A DNA stretch of 64,000 bases, from contig NW_003314298.1 in assembly GCF_000143415.4 (NCBI RefSeq), positions 789,014-853,013 of the forward strand, written 5' to 3'. Shown one piece after another: positions 37,263 to 49,962 of the stretch; within the stretch, counting starts at the first letter, position 1; the number at the start of each line of letters is the position of its first letter. Source of the DNA: Selaginella moellendorffii. Taxonomy: Eukaryota > Plantae > Lycopodiophyta. The notes under the pieces were generated by a model, which was not told the origin of the DNA, did not search any database, and saw only the letters and a list, made by a program, of their open reading frames with translations. The position numbers and the translations under genes were made by a program.

Positions 37263-38837
37263 TCACGCACACTTTTGTGGCGACCACTGTGAGAGGCACT
37301 CACGAATGAAAATGTTGAGCTGCAAACTATAGATATCCGGGAAGCTCCTAAAGTGATCGACGTGGGGTGACCACAGCAGGTTGCAAGCCTTGACAGTGCG
37401 CCCACTTCTTCGCTGCTCTTCCATAAATGACTCGACAGACTTGGCCGGGATCACCCTGTCCGCGGTGCTGTAAATGTAGAGCTGCGGGCACTTTGGCTGC
37501 TGCTTCGAAAGAATGGTGACAACTTCCGACAATCTCCTGCGATGCAAAAAAGAGATTAGTGCCTCGATGAATCAAAAGAGGAAAGACTCACTTCTTTACA
37601 TACGGAAGCTGTAGGAAAACCGAGAAGAATTTTTCGAGCATGCTCACTAGCGCTTGCTCCGTAACGTCGGCCTGGAGCCGAGTTTCGTGCGCCTCCTCGC
37701 TGCTGTGCTTGAGGATGTCCAACACGTCCACCTTGCGAGTGGTAACGCTCTTTTTCTTGAGAAACGCGGCAGAGAAACCGGATGCCCAGACCTGACCATT
37801 TGATACAAACTTCAGCTCCTGTTTGAAAAGAGAAAGCTTACCTGAGGATCAGGCTCTGCAACCGGGGCCGAATCCACGACGCATCCCTTCACCTTGTCCA
37901 GCAGCTTATTGTTCTTCTGCAACAGCCTCTCGAGAAGGACTCCATACCTGGAAAAGAAGAACAAAAACTCGTTAGCACGTTGAAGAGGCTGCGAAAAGAA
38001 GGAAAGTTACGTTAGCCATCCAGTGTTGCTAAAGGTGTGAAAGAAGAGATGCTTTTCCTTGCCGTTTTCCTCCTCCTCCATCCAGGCCAAGAGGTGGTGC
38101 GCCAGATGATCGATTTGTTGCTCGGCCTTTCCACCAGCCTTGAAACTTATCATGTCGCTCATTGGAATGACAAAGGTGACGGCGTTGATCCCACGCTCCG
38201 TGTACCAGTCCGCATACTTCTTGAGGTGCTTTTGCTTTGCTCCAAGCCATCCCAGCAAAACCACCGTCACCTCCTTGGAGTTCTTCCTCTCGTTCTCGTC
38301 TCTCGTGGATTCCTGCGGCTTGGAGGAGCTCTTCGAGTGCCACGAACGAATGTACTTTGAGGCGGCGAAAGTCGGAGAAAAGATGGAAGGATAGCTGGGT
38401 TTGGTGGCGGACGACGAGGAGAAAGAAGAAACAACGCTGCGGTAGTGTGGCTGGCATGGAGACGAGCGTAGCAAGAGGGAGCCATCAGTGGCGGATAGAA
38501 CAGCCAGGCTTGGAAGGATCGGGAAGAAGTGGAGCGACGAGCAAGAACACGTCTTGAGTGAATCGGAGACGAAGCGATGGACTGTCCAGACTACCTGATC
38601 GACCGAGGGGCTCTTGGATTCAATCGAGGAAGAAAGAGGAGATTTTTCTCTCACGTCGGCGCTCGAGAATGGAGGAACTGGCATGGAGGGATGAGCTGCG
38701 TAGAGGAGGTATGGCGGTGGGCCGAGAGTGGCAGGACGAGGACGAGGAGGAGCAATCTCGAACGATGATATCGCTGTTGCCAGACCAGCGGCGAGAGCTG
38801 CCAGAGGGCCATAGAGGCGCGTGGAAGTCCCCGCCAT
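37263..38837 (-). CDS. TMEM53/DUF829-family alpha/beta-hydrolase-like protein (4 exons)
   Basis: VVLLGWLGAKQKHLKKY, FHTFSNTGWLTYG, GCVVDSAP, PQLYIYSTADRVIP, SPHVDHFR. Confidence 0.92.
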
Positions 38838-40439
38838 TGGAAAGGAATCCAACGCGAGAGGAAAAATGGAAAAGGGGAATCTAGAGGCCTGGGATCGACT
38901 AGGGCTGTGTGATCGACAGCCCCGGGCGAGAAATTCAGCATGCAGGGAGGGAGAAATCTCTGCCAGGGACTGACCTTGGTTTGGAGTGAGGCGGCAGGCG
39001 ATCGATCTAGCTACGCTGCTGCTGCTGCTACTCCGTGTGTGGAAGTAACCGGATGAGAATCACGTCAACGGACATCGAGGGAGGGAGTCAAGAAGAACTC
39101 GCGGAGAAAGAAAACGCGTGCGCCAGAGAAAGAAAAGAGCCCTAACAGAATATGCCCAGTATCGCCACTATGCCCTAAACCAAACTACTGCATTTTATTG
39201 ATTCAAAAGAATATAAATAAAATTATTAATGCTAAAAAAATTAATCTATGCAATTAATCGTTGATATATTGCAAGTTAAAATATTTTTTCTTGCTTTATT
39301 TGGTTTACATTATTTTCATTATCCATATAGATAGTAATGTAGCAAAATTTAAATGGCTTTTAATATTTAAGTAGATGATGACTTGATAGCAAGAACTGTT
39401 AGTATGTGGCTAATATTATGAATTCCATGTAAACTCACAATTAAAATCATTTGAATGTTTCACTTTTATAATTCACAAAGTTACAGATTTAATGTTATTT
39501 ATAGTTGAATTCATTGTGGTCTACTACCTCACACTACTTCACTATTGCTTGTGTTGCTCCTTGCTCAACTTCCACTACTTGTTGCCGCTTACTCGACTTG
39601 TGCTGCTCGCTACTGCTCACTATTCCTTGCTGGAGCTACATTAATGTGAGTGGTAAAGGGCCTTTTGTTTGGTGCTCGTGATGACAAGATCGGATTCAAG
39701 CACATCTAGAAGTTCACATGAGCTCAATGTGAGGCCTTCGGCCCACAAGGAATCCAGAAAATACACACCAATGCTTGACCTGCAAAACAAAGCATGACAA
39801 GTGCCAAGTGTGAAAAAACCACAGAGAAAGATAAAAGGAAGATTAATCATCTGTTAGCAAAAAGATTTTACCTTAAACTTGCATGGAAGCATAGAGACTG
39901 AAAATAGAATGCCTGAGAGAATTGTTACATTGTCTTTCACAAAATCTATATAAATGCTCACATCAAAATGTGTCAGGAAAGAAAAAAATAAAACCAATTG
40001 TGTTTTGCTACCAACTTGCTGCTTTCCTGCGCTTTGGATGATCTGATCACCAAGCTGCAAGGCAAGAGACTGTGAGCTCAGGTTCCCCTTTACCACTTAC
40101 ATTTATCTGCCACGGGCACCTCTCGCTCATGCCTGGCCTCGAGAATCCATGAAATCAATCACACTGCCACAATCGATCCCTTAGGTCTTGAGAAAAAAAT
40201 GCTTGGAAAGAGAGGAGAGAGCTTACTCGCATGGTGCACTAGGACGAGACTGGATGAAGAGGACTACCTAGAAAGACCTCCACTATATGTTGCAACCAAT
40301 TAACAAAGGTTCAATATAGTTTTCTTGTACACTAAGTGGATGGTTCTTGCAGACCTGGCTCCGGCAACTAGTTTTAAACCACGGTTGAACTTAAAATATA
40401 CTGTGGAATAAAACAGCCAACTTATGAAATGTAGTAAGA

Positions 40440-42790
40440 TTACCATGCATCACTGCAACAACAACAGCCTCCTTCGAAACAGTGAAGCTGTTGACTATCT
40501 TGAACAAAGATCTTCTTTCCTTTTCCAGCAATCTCAGAAATCACTTTTGCTGAGGCATGGCAATCACTGCACATCTGCATGTTATTACTGACAAGAACAT
40601 TCTATTTGTGAGATTCTTGAAGCAATGCATATGCAATTGCAAGCTTCTCATGGACCTCCTCTTTGTTGCAATTGGGGTGCCAAAAGTTCTCTTCTTTCAC
40701 ATACCCATTCTCTTTTGCCAGCTTCATTAACCTCGTGAGCTCACCCCATATTTCTTTTATATTAGGATGACCAATCCCCCACACGAAATGTGTGCATTTT
40801 TCCACCAAGTTGGACACGGTTGATTGCTCCAAGCTTCTTCAAGCCCTCTGTCACCCTCCAAGCCCTTCTCTGTCACCATCTTTCTCAGCCCAGCAATTTC
40901 ACCAGTCCTGCTTTTCCCATATATCTCCACGAGGATAATGTATGGGGTGGCATTGTTTGGGTCCATGGCAAATATCTGCTTTGCAGCATATTTTCCGTGC
41001 CCAGCATTTACATGCTTCCTACAGGAAGAGAGAAATGTCATCCAAATTCTTGCATCCCGCTCATAGGGCATCGTCTCAATAAGTTCTTGGGCCTCTTCCA
41101 TCCGCTTCACCTTCCCAAGCATCCCAACCATGCAATCGTAATGCTCAATCCCTGGCACAATACCAAAGTCGGGTTCCATGGGCGTGAAAAATAGGCTTTT
41201 GCTCTCTTCAACATCCAAAACCTGGCTGCTTGCCACGAGTATAGCAATGAATGTCACCCTGTTGGGTAGAATTCCATCCAAAATCATTTCATTAAAGGTT
41301 TGAATCGCATGTGTTTCATCCCTTATCATTGTGCATGCCCTGATCATGGATGTCCATGTGTACACATCTTTGTTAAGCGTGTTGGCAAACAATGCCTTTG
41401 CATCATCATACCTCCCGCACGCTGCATACACAATGAGCATTATGAGGATTATATTGTGTGTGACAATATCTTTGTGTTTAGATTTGTCGTAAAAAAAGTC
41501 AACTGCTGATTGAAGACGGCCGTTTTGGGCATATCGCATTGACTGACGCCACATCCGGCTCGTCCATCCGGTCAAACATGGCCCTCGCGGAGTCAACGTC
41601 CCCGGTATTGGAATAGACCTCCAGCATCATCGTCCAGTGAACCACTGTTTTGTCATGCGGCATCTCCTCCAACACTTTGAGAGCTTTTGCCAAACTTTCT
41701 TTTTCACCTACACAGTGCCTCGAGTAGACACGTCCAAGAAATAGCATCTTTCGTGGGCATGTGTTAAATACATTTTTCGCATGGACTAATCGACCATTTC
41801 GTACAAGCTCCTTCATCATTGAATTCCAAGTGATCTGGTTCCTGAGCTCTTTTGGCATTGACTCAAACATCTCCTCAGCTTCTTGCAGTCTGCCAGCTTT
41901 TCCGTATGCAGAGATCATCACATTCCATGATGCTGCACTCTTGGTGTCACGGGGAATCCCATCAAACATCTCGCGAGCTCGATTAAGTTGCCCGTTCTGA
42001 GCATACCCTTGGACCATTGTGTTCAATGTAACAACGTTTGCCACCTTCAGCCCATAAAAAATTCTCCTTGCCTCGTCTACTTCCCCGTATGCACCCAAGA
42101 GTATGGTCCATGAGTAATCATCCTTTTCGGGCACTTGATTGAAAAACTCCGTTGTCTCAACGAGTTGATTCTTTTTAGCCATAGCTGCTAACATGATGTT
42201 CCAAGACACCAAACTCTTGGCTTCCATCTTCTCGAACAAGATCCAAGCATCTTCTACCCGGGCGTTTTGAGTGTATACTTTAAGCATAATATTCCCAAGA
42301 GTAGATGTTTGGCCGCTTGATTTCATCAAACACCAAACGACCATCGTCTGAACTCCCAAACATCTCAATCAACAGATTTGCCACAAACTTATCATTCCGA
42401 TAACTGCTTCGACGAACACATCTTCTTCAGCGTCTCTACAGAATGGATGTTCTTCCCATCAATCATAGTATGTGAGTTGGAAAAAGATCTTGATAAGAGC
42501 TCCTTCGCATGACAACCCCAATGGGTGTACATTTCAGTTGACATCCATTCAAGATAAGCGTGAGGAAGATCTGTAAGTCGCTTACCCTTGTATTTTCCAA
42601 AGTCCACTACCATTGATCCAATTCTATCACCATTTGGCTCGTGTATTTGCACATCCTTGTTTCTGGCCAAAGTTTGAATTGCTACCTCCTTCCACTCATT
42701 GTCAAGCTCTTGACTCATCCATTTCAAGTAGTTTTCAGGTACCGATTCAGATTCCTCGTGATTAGTGCCACAATTTAAAAACTCGTTAGA
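40440..42790 (-). pseudogene. PLS-E-DYW PPR pseudogene with N-terminal DUF3820-like motifs
   Basis: FGKYKGKRLTDLPHAYLEWM, then PPR repeats in shifting frames, HEKLAIAYAL*...MCSDCH...CCCSDAW. Confidence 0.8.
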
Positions 42791-42832
42791 GAATTAGAAA
42801 AGCGTTGCAACTAGCTTAGATCAAGAGAAAGC

Positions 42833-45320
42833 TCACCACTTACCATTGCAAGTGCAGCGGCCGTCAACGATGGTGTGCGTAGTCGCGGCATCCTTCACCA
42901 CAATCTTGCGTCCTATGATCTTGGAGATTGCGATAGTAGCACTATGGCAATTCCGACACACACGGAAGTTTTTGGTCACAGTTATTGGCCCCGTTGCCGT
43001 CTCGCTCGCCGCCCAGGCAATCGCAAGCTTCTCGCTGTGGAAGCACATCCCTTATTCTTTCTCTTCCTCGAGAACGTCGGCGAGAATTGGCTTGTATCCG
43101 TGCTCTTTCGTCATTATGTCGTCCCATGCCCGGAATCCTCCTCAACTTGAGTTTCTTGATCTTTCCCAGGATTTCTTTGAGCTTCTTTTCCTGCTTCGTG
43201 TTGTAGTAGATGCTGCGCAGCATGATGTATACGATGGGGGACTTGCCATCGTCGCTCTTGAGCCTCAGAAGCTTCTCTGCTGCAATCTCGCCGTAGACCA
43301 ACCATTCTTGCCGCAGAGAGAACCGCCATCCAGTTCACGGGATCGTCTGACAAACAGCTTGCAAGCTCCACGGTCGCTGCAAACTTCCCACCTCGGTTAA
43401 GGTTGACGACCACTTGGCCATAGTGCGAGGCATCCGGAACGAAGTCGAAGTCGCGTACAATTGTTCCAAGCTCTTCACCACTAGCAACCCAGACGAGAAA
43501 CGTGACTCTTGTTGGTTCGATGCCTTCTTCCGGATCGTCAAATCTGCTGCCTTTGGCCTGGAAAACAAGATACAATCAGCCGAGCCGAAGAAAGAAGAAG
43601 AAAAGCGAAATGGAACTATACCTGTTGTTCTGGACATCGGCTGACGCAAGGCTTGTCCAGGTAAAGACATCCTTCTCCCTTGCCCGTTCGAAAAGAGCTT
43701 CCGAGTCTTCAAGCAGCGGCAAACTGGAAATCATAATGTTGAACGACCTGGTGTCGATCCTATCACCCCCTCCTTCGGCGAAGAGCTTCTGTGCTCGCGA
43801 GTAATAGCCGTTCTTCACATAAACCGCGAGAAGAGCGTTGAAGGCAGCAGCATCCGGAGAGGGGATTCGCTTGTAGACATTCTCGGCAACATCAACGAGA
43901 TGACCATGGGTACCAAGGCTGTGCATGAGAGACGTGTAGGTGCTTCGAATAATCGCGTCGACATATCCATCATCGTAGCAAAAGGCCTTGAAGTACTGTG
44001 CTCTGACGTCCTCCAGCAGCGACAGGTCTGACGAGGCAACAGCAGCCTTGAGCTCTGCAATTGCAAAGTGCCTGAGTATGGTCGTTGAGTAGCTATCCCA
44101 GCAAGGATACCGCATGAAGCAGGGGAGAGCTCCATAGAAGCTGATAAAACAAACAGACGAAGAGTTAAAACGTAAGACTTTAGCAAAACCGTGCTCACCT
44201 TGCATGCGCATTAAGCACGATATTCCACGAAACAGCATTTCTTGTGGTGGCTCTTTGGAAGAGCTCCAAGGCCTCGCCAGGCTTATTGTTCACCGCGTAA
44301 GCCTGCAACATGGCGTTGTACGAGTACGCATTTGGAGAAGAGATGCTATTGAATAGCTTCTCCGCGTCCTCCAGCCTCCCTGCTCTTCCGGCTTCTTTGA
44401 TGAGATCGTGGCACCGCTTCCGGTCGGCAGGAGCACGCAGCTGGTCGGCCGATGCGCTTTTCGCGAAGCTGGTCTGCTTCTGATCGGTAGAAGCATTCCT
44501 CGCCGGGCGCTTCCGCTTGCTTTCCACAGCGCTCTCCTTCTGGCCAGTAGGCTCAGTTTCCACCTGGCTTGGATCGGTACGATGAGCTCCAAGCCTCGTA
44601 AATCTTCAGCATCAGCGCGTCCGTCATCCGGGAGAAGGAAGCTTTCCTCAGCTGGCAACAAGAGTTAAGTTAGTGCGCAACCAAAGGAGAAAGATAAAAG
44701 CACGCAAAGGGAGCAAGCAAGAAAGCAAAACTAGCTAGCTCAGCCCCTACAACGCAAGAACACGAGAACACTCCGAGAGAAAAGCCCCTACTAGCGAGAA
44801 AACACGAAGAGGACGCAAAACACACGAGAATCGAGGCAGGCCACAGAAAATGGAAGCCTCTGTCTCGAAGAAAGGAATGCTAACGCCAAAGACAACAGGG
44901 GAACAAGACACACTCGCAATCCACAGGGGAAGCCGGCGCCTTTGCTCAGAAAGAAGAGCAAGAATCCAGCCACAGCAGCGCAAGAAGTCGCAAGGATAGT
45001 AGTAGAGGAAAATCGGAGGGAATGGAAGCTTCCGGCTCCAAAGAAGGCGCAAAGAACGCAGTCAAAACCACACGCTAGCAAATCCAAGCCACCTTGTATG
45101 TGAATCTCTCTTGGTGCATCCAAACATCTTGTATGTTCCTGCGCTAAGATATGAAATCAAAAGGAAACGAAATCTCGCTAGTTACCTGCGACATGGAGAG
45201 ACAAGCTGCCAGAGCTGACGACATTGCTCCTCGCCGATCTAAGTCGCAGGTGCCAAGGTCGAGAGAAAGAGTATGACAAATCCTACCTTTCCTCCGCCCG
45301 ATTGCTGCAAGAGACGCCAT
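42833..45320 (-). pseudogene. Intron-containing divergent PPR-DYW gene, frameshifted, ending in GKW
   Basis: PPR motifs (GRLEDAEKLF, YSYNAMLQAYA), [14 protein letters not shown]...VCRNCH...RCTCNGKW; putative 5' exons from ATG 45320. Confidence 0.7.
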
Positions 45321-45599
45321 TGCCCTAAACGATCCGAAACTATCCTGCTCAGTACTCGCCCTAACAAAGACCTAGCGCGGGAAATTCGAACTATATTATT
45401 ACCAGTTACATTTGTTAAATAAATAAAAGTAAAAATCAGGCATTGCCCTAATTACAAACCCTTAATTGCCACCTCTTTAATTAAAGAAAGGATTCTCTAT
45501 TTGATTCTTTTACCACCTTTCATATAGATCCTGGTGGAAAAAAATGTATAGATCCACGTGTACGGTCCGTGTGCGATTCTTCCACGCTAGTTACTGAAA

Positions 45600-47643
45600 T
45601 ATCTCGAGGAATCGCAGTGGCGGCTTTCTTCTTGTGGCTCAATCCCGTGCTGGCGCTGGCCTGACATGGAAAGAATCCCTGCTCGGCGGAAGCAGCAGGG
45701 ATCGTGATGAGAGAGGCCAGCGCCAGTGCTCTCCATTCTTGGAACTAAAGCCCTGGGCCGTGCCCCCGGATAATTTCCTTGAGCACATCCAGATCGAAAG
45801 AAGTGCAACTGGTTGCGGGAGAAGATCGAGCGCAAGTATTCCAAGGAAAGGCAGATTATCATCCTCGATCGTCTCATCTGGGGGACAAAGTTTCAGAAAG
45901 AACTTAAGTGGACGGCCAAAAGGTTTGGACTGGAAGGTTGTGAGACATGAAGGAGCAAATCGATCGGGAGTTGCGAGCCTTGTCATTGGTATGCCTCATC
46001 GTGGCAGCTCCAACGTGCTGGGAAACGTTGTAGGAAGCCTCTGCGGCAAACATTTAGCGAGTTTGCTGGGGATGGCTACAGTGGAAGTGGTGATGTCAAG
46101 TACCATCTAGGAACGTCCTACGACAGACCGACCAGGACCGGGAAGCACATCCATCTCTCGCTCGTTGCGAATCCCAGTCACCTGGAAGCTGTGGACCCGG
46201 TTGTGGCGACGACTACGAGAAGAAGAAGAACATGACGATTTTGCTTCATGGAGATAGCTTCTCTGGCCAAGGTGATGCTGCACTTGAGCGATCTTCCAAA
46301 CTACACCACCGAGCAGTCGCTCCTCGCCTTACTGCACGGACGTTTCCAAGGGTTTGAACGCTCCTATCTTTCCCCTGAAAGGACATGAGCTGTCGTCCAT
46401 GCCTGGCCGCAAAATGGAGGTGCCAGTTCAAGTCGGATGTTGTGGGTCACAATGAGATCGACGAGCCATTGTTCACTCGACCAAAAATGTACCAGGTAAG
46501 CTCAACTTTGTCTCGATTTGCTAGTGCTTGATGGATTGTTTTTTTTCTTTTTTTGTGCAGGTCAAGATGAAACTCGTTGAAATTGGTCATGACGATCAGT
46601 GAGGAGACCGTGAAAAATATCCATGACAAAGTGTATGCGATTTTAAGCGAAGACTACGCTCCTAAGTCACAGGACTGATATTGGACGGGCTTCATGGGTC
46701 CGGAGCAGTTGTCACGGTTAAGAAACACCGGGTAAGTTTAGTCTTTCGTCTTTGTTTCTTACATGTATCGGTGTTCTGACTGCAGTGTCAAACCAGAGGT
46801 TGGCAAGAAAATCGCCACTCTTCCTCCCTCGTTTACCAGAGCGATCAAAAGGGTGTGTGGGCAACATGATTGAGACGGGAGACGGAGTTACAACTGAGGC
46901 ACTTGCGTTCGCAACGCTCCTTGCAGAGACATGCCGTGGTATGAAAGATACTGCCCCCTTGACCACGTTCTGCCCAATCGTGAGCAACAGGTTTTTTCTC
47001 CTGTTATTCTAGATTTTAATGCAGCTCGCTCTCGGAATATGGATTCAATGGAAAACCCATAGTTTGGAGACGTCGTCAATGGTGCGCAGGTGATCAGTTT
47101 TTGAGCTGTGGAAAAGCCAAGTGGTTGCCTCAAACAGGACTTGTGTGCATGCTGGCTGCCACACGGTTATGATGGACAAGGGCCACAGCACTCAAGGCTG
47201 GAAAGGTTTTTGCAGGTTTGTGCTGTGACATTCTTTGACGACGCTCTTTTACCTGTCCCTTTATCACTCCCTTCGGAAATAGAGTGTTTGGCCGCCTCTT
47301 CTCTCACTTTGGTTAGTGGAGCAAAACAATGACTGAGCTTTTTATCCAGGTATACTACGAGCTCGACGAGGAAAGGAGCGCGTTGGAGCAAAGGACGTGG
47401 CCATCTGCCGCGTAGAGCAGCTGTGCCCGATTCCTTACGATCTTCTCCAAAAGGAACTCAAGCGTAAGAAAGCTTGCGGAGCGGTTTCTCTTGTAGACGC
47501 GGATGTTGTGTGGTGCCAGGAAGAACCCATGAACATGGGCTCCCCTCAATCGTGGGAGCTTTGCGGAGATCCAAGTCCTCGGCCACCCGCACTGGATTCG
47601 CGGCCGTGCACAAGATGGGGCTCTCCAAGCACAAAATATGTAA
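45600..47643 (+). pseudogene. 2-oxoglutarate dehydrogenase E1 relic with many internal deletions, introns retained
   Basis: NWLREKIE, KRFGLEGCE-like, [67 protein letters not shown]. Confidence 0.9.
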
Positions 47644-47929
47644 GGCTAGCGAATTGTTCTAGGCAATCACACGTTTCTTTTCGTTCTTATGATCTTCCAA
47701 AAGAAAGGGAGAGGTCTTCTACCAGGTAAGCTCGTTATTCTCCAAGGATTTGTGATCTTAGTGGATAGATTTTACGCAAGTGGAAACTGAAATTTAAGAA
47801 AGATATCTGAAAAAGAAAAAAGATCGATTGTATGTCATCCGTTGTAATATATACTGAGATGAGAAGAGATTGCAGCAAAAAATAATATATCAAATGAGAA
47901 AAAAGAAACTATAGCAAAAGAAAATACAC

Positions 47930-49900
47930 TAAGATGAGCGGTAACACGCATCCAAACGTTGGAACTCACTCCTGCCCACCTCGATCAAGCATGCTGGTTC
48001 CGGCAGTTCTTCCGCAATGGCAAACTTCTTCACGAAGGACGATGCCTTCTTCGCCTTGACGTAAAAGAGTGTCCCAGCACGTACGCCATGGCCTCCTTCG
48101 CTCCGCCTTGATGGACAGATCCATCTCCACCGCGGCCTTTGGGAGTTGTCCAGCCGAGGGAGCTTTGCCTTGATGGACGGAACCTCATGATGGACGACGG
48201 CCTTTGCGAACCTCACCCTCTTCTTGTTGTCCAGCCGAGGGAGCTCCGCCTCCTCCAGTTTTTCCTCCTCGAGCGCTGCGGAGTTCCACCACAGTCATCC
48301 TCCCATCCACGGACACCTCGGTGCTCGAGGGGGTCCAAGGGTGCGCGTCCTCCATCTGGATGATACGCTCGAAGTCCTGGTCGTCCTGGTGGAGATCCTT
48401 GTAGCCGTATCTGCGAATGCACCTGTACATCCGATACTCCTTAGGCCCGATCCTGCCGATGGCGGTGGAACGTGAGGCACCGGCACGGACTTGATGCAGA
48501 CGAAGACGAGGACTTGGTGAAACGCCGGGAGGTTTGTGAGAAGATGGGTCTGTGTAAATCAGGCCTATTCCAGGAACTCGGACGATGCCAAGGCTCGGAC
48601 CCGGGGTGAGCAGCCACTTCATGGAGAACTTCTTGGAGGTGCCGTAATGCTATATGTACATGACGGCCATGAATATCACCGAGAGGACCAACGCCTCCTT
48701 CTTTGACTTGATCAGTGCCGCTGACATGTAAATGCCTCAAAGAAAAGGGCAAACGCAGCTGCCAGGAAGAAGCTCTTCCTCCATATGATCATGAGTGACG
48801 AACATAACCGTGACAACGGCCAAACCTGAAAGGACAAGATCAAATCAGGCGTTGGAAGTCACCACATACCATATGCGTGGCCGATGAGGATTGTATTCCT
48901 GAATCTGAGTGTCACGGCAAGCAGTTGACTCCGGGAATGTAACTCTGCCGGTAAATATCTTTGGATGTGTGGACGACTTTCACCCGTGGGAAGCAACCAG
49001 ATAAGCACTGCTTGACAATCGAGAAGGTTGCATGGTCTAATCCCTTGACAATCTCTTCAGAAACAGTATGCTGGCCAGTTTTCGTCATCGCCACCCTTAC
49101 GGGAGCCAGGCAGTCATTTCGAAAGCAGGTGGCGTTTCAAAATTTTCTTACTCGGTATGGATTTGTAGAAACTCTTCAAATGTCATCGTGATTCTTGGGG
49201 AGACATGCCGCTTGTCCCGTGTAGACAAGAACAAGACAAGGATAGACTACACACGCAATGTCTGGAAATCGTGTGCCGTCAGCAAAAAGCAAAGCATTGA
49301 TACATGTCCACACAAAAGTACCTTGATAGGAAAGTGTTCCAAATCAGCAAACATCAGTCCCGTTCCTGAATAAAACAAGAAGAAAAAGCAATCACTGTCC
49401 AGGTGGAGTGATGATAAAGTCATGCTAAGCCACCTGTGATACACACCAGAGAAGTCCATCCGTCAGAAGTTGTAAGGGTGACAGAGCTCGAAGGATGTTC
49501 CGGGATACAACCACGCTATCACGATGGGTGCGAAAATGAAGGCAACTCTATATATGCGTCCAGCGCAAACAGCCCGATGAATATCAAGCACGCAGCAATG
49601 TGGACCACGTCTGCAAGGACCCCATGACAATCGTGACTGCAAAGGGAGAATTTTAGACGTACGTTCATGGTGCTCGGTTTCCGTAGAGTTGATTCCAGAA
49701 ACAGCAGAAAGAACTGGGAGGAGAAAAAAGGAAAAACAGTCAGCGTACGGCTTTGAAAGTGCGGACCTGATATTGGTGGTGTAAGAACTCCATCGCCAAT
49801 GACCATACACGTCCCGAGGAGGAAGACCAATTTGAGGAACGCCTCCAGACTTTCTAGCTTGTAGGTGGATAAATCCTCGTTGAGGGGCTGCTGGTCACCA
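47930..49900 (-). pseudogene. HAK/KUP/KT potassium transporter relic, 5'-truncated and deleted
   Basis: [71 protein letters not shown]. Confidence 0.9.
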
Positions 49901-49962
49901 ACAACGGTAACAAACCTTATGAAGGATGGCGACGAGGGGTTAGGGTTTTTGGCGAGGGAGAA

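Noticed and set aside
39600-40400. Short ORFs and possible exon fragments
   Set aside because: Could not assign to any family from sequence alone
45558-45591. Imperfect hairpin, 11 nt, then CTAGT, resembling a Helitron 3' end
   Set aside because: Stem needs several G-T pairs, no matching 5' TC end found, and it may simply be OGDH 5' UTR
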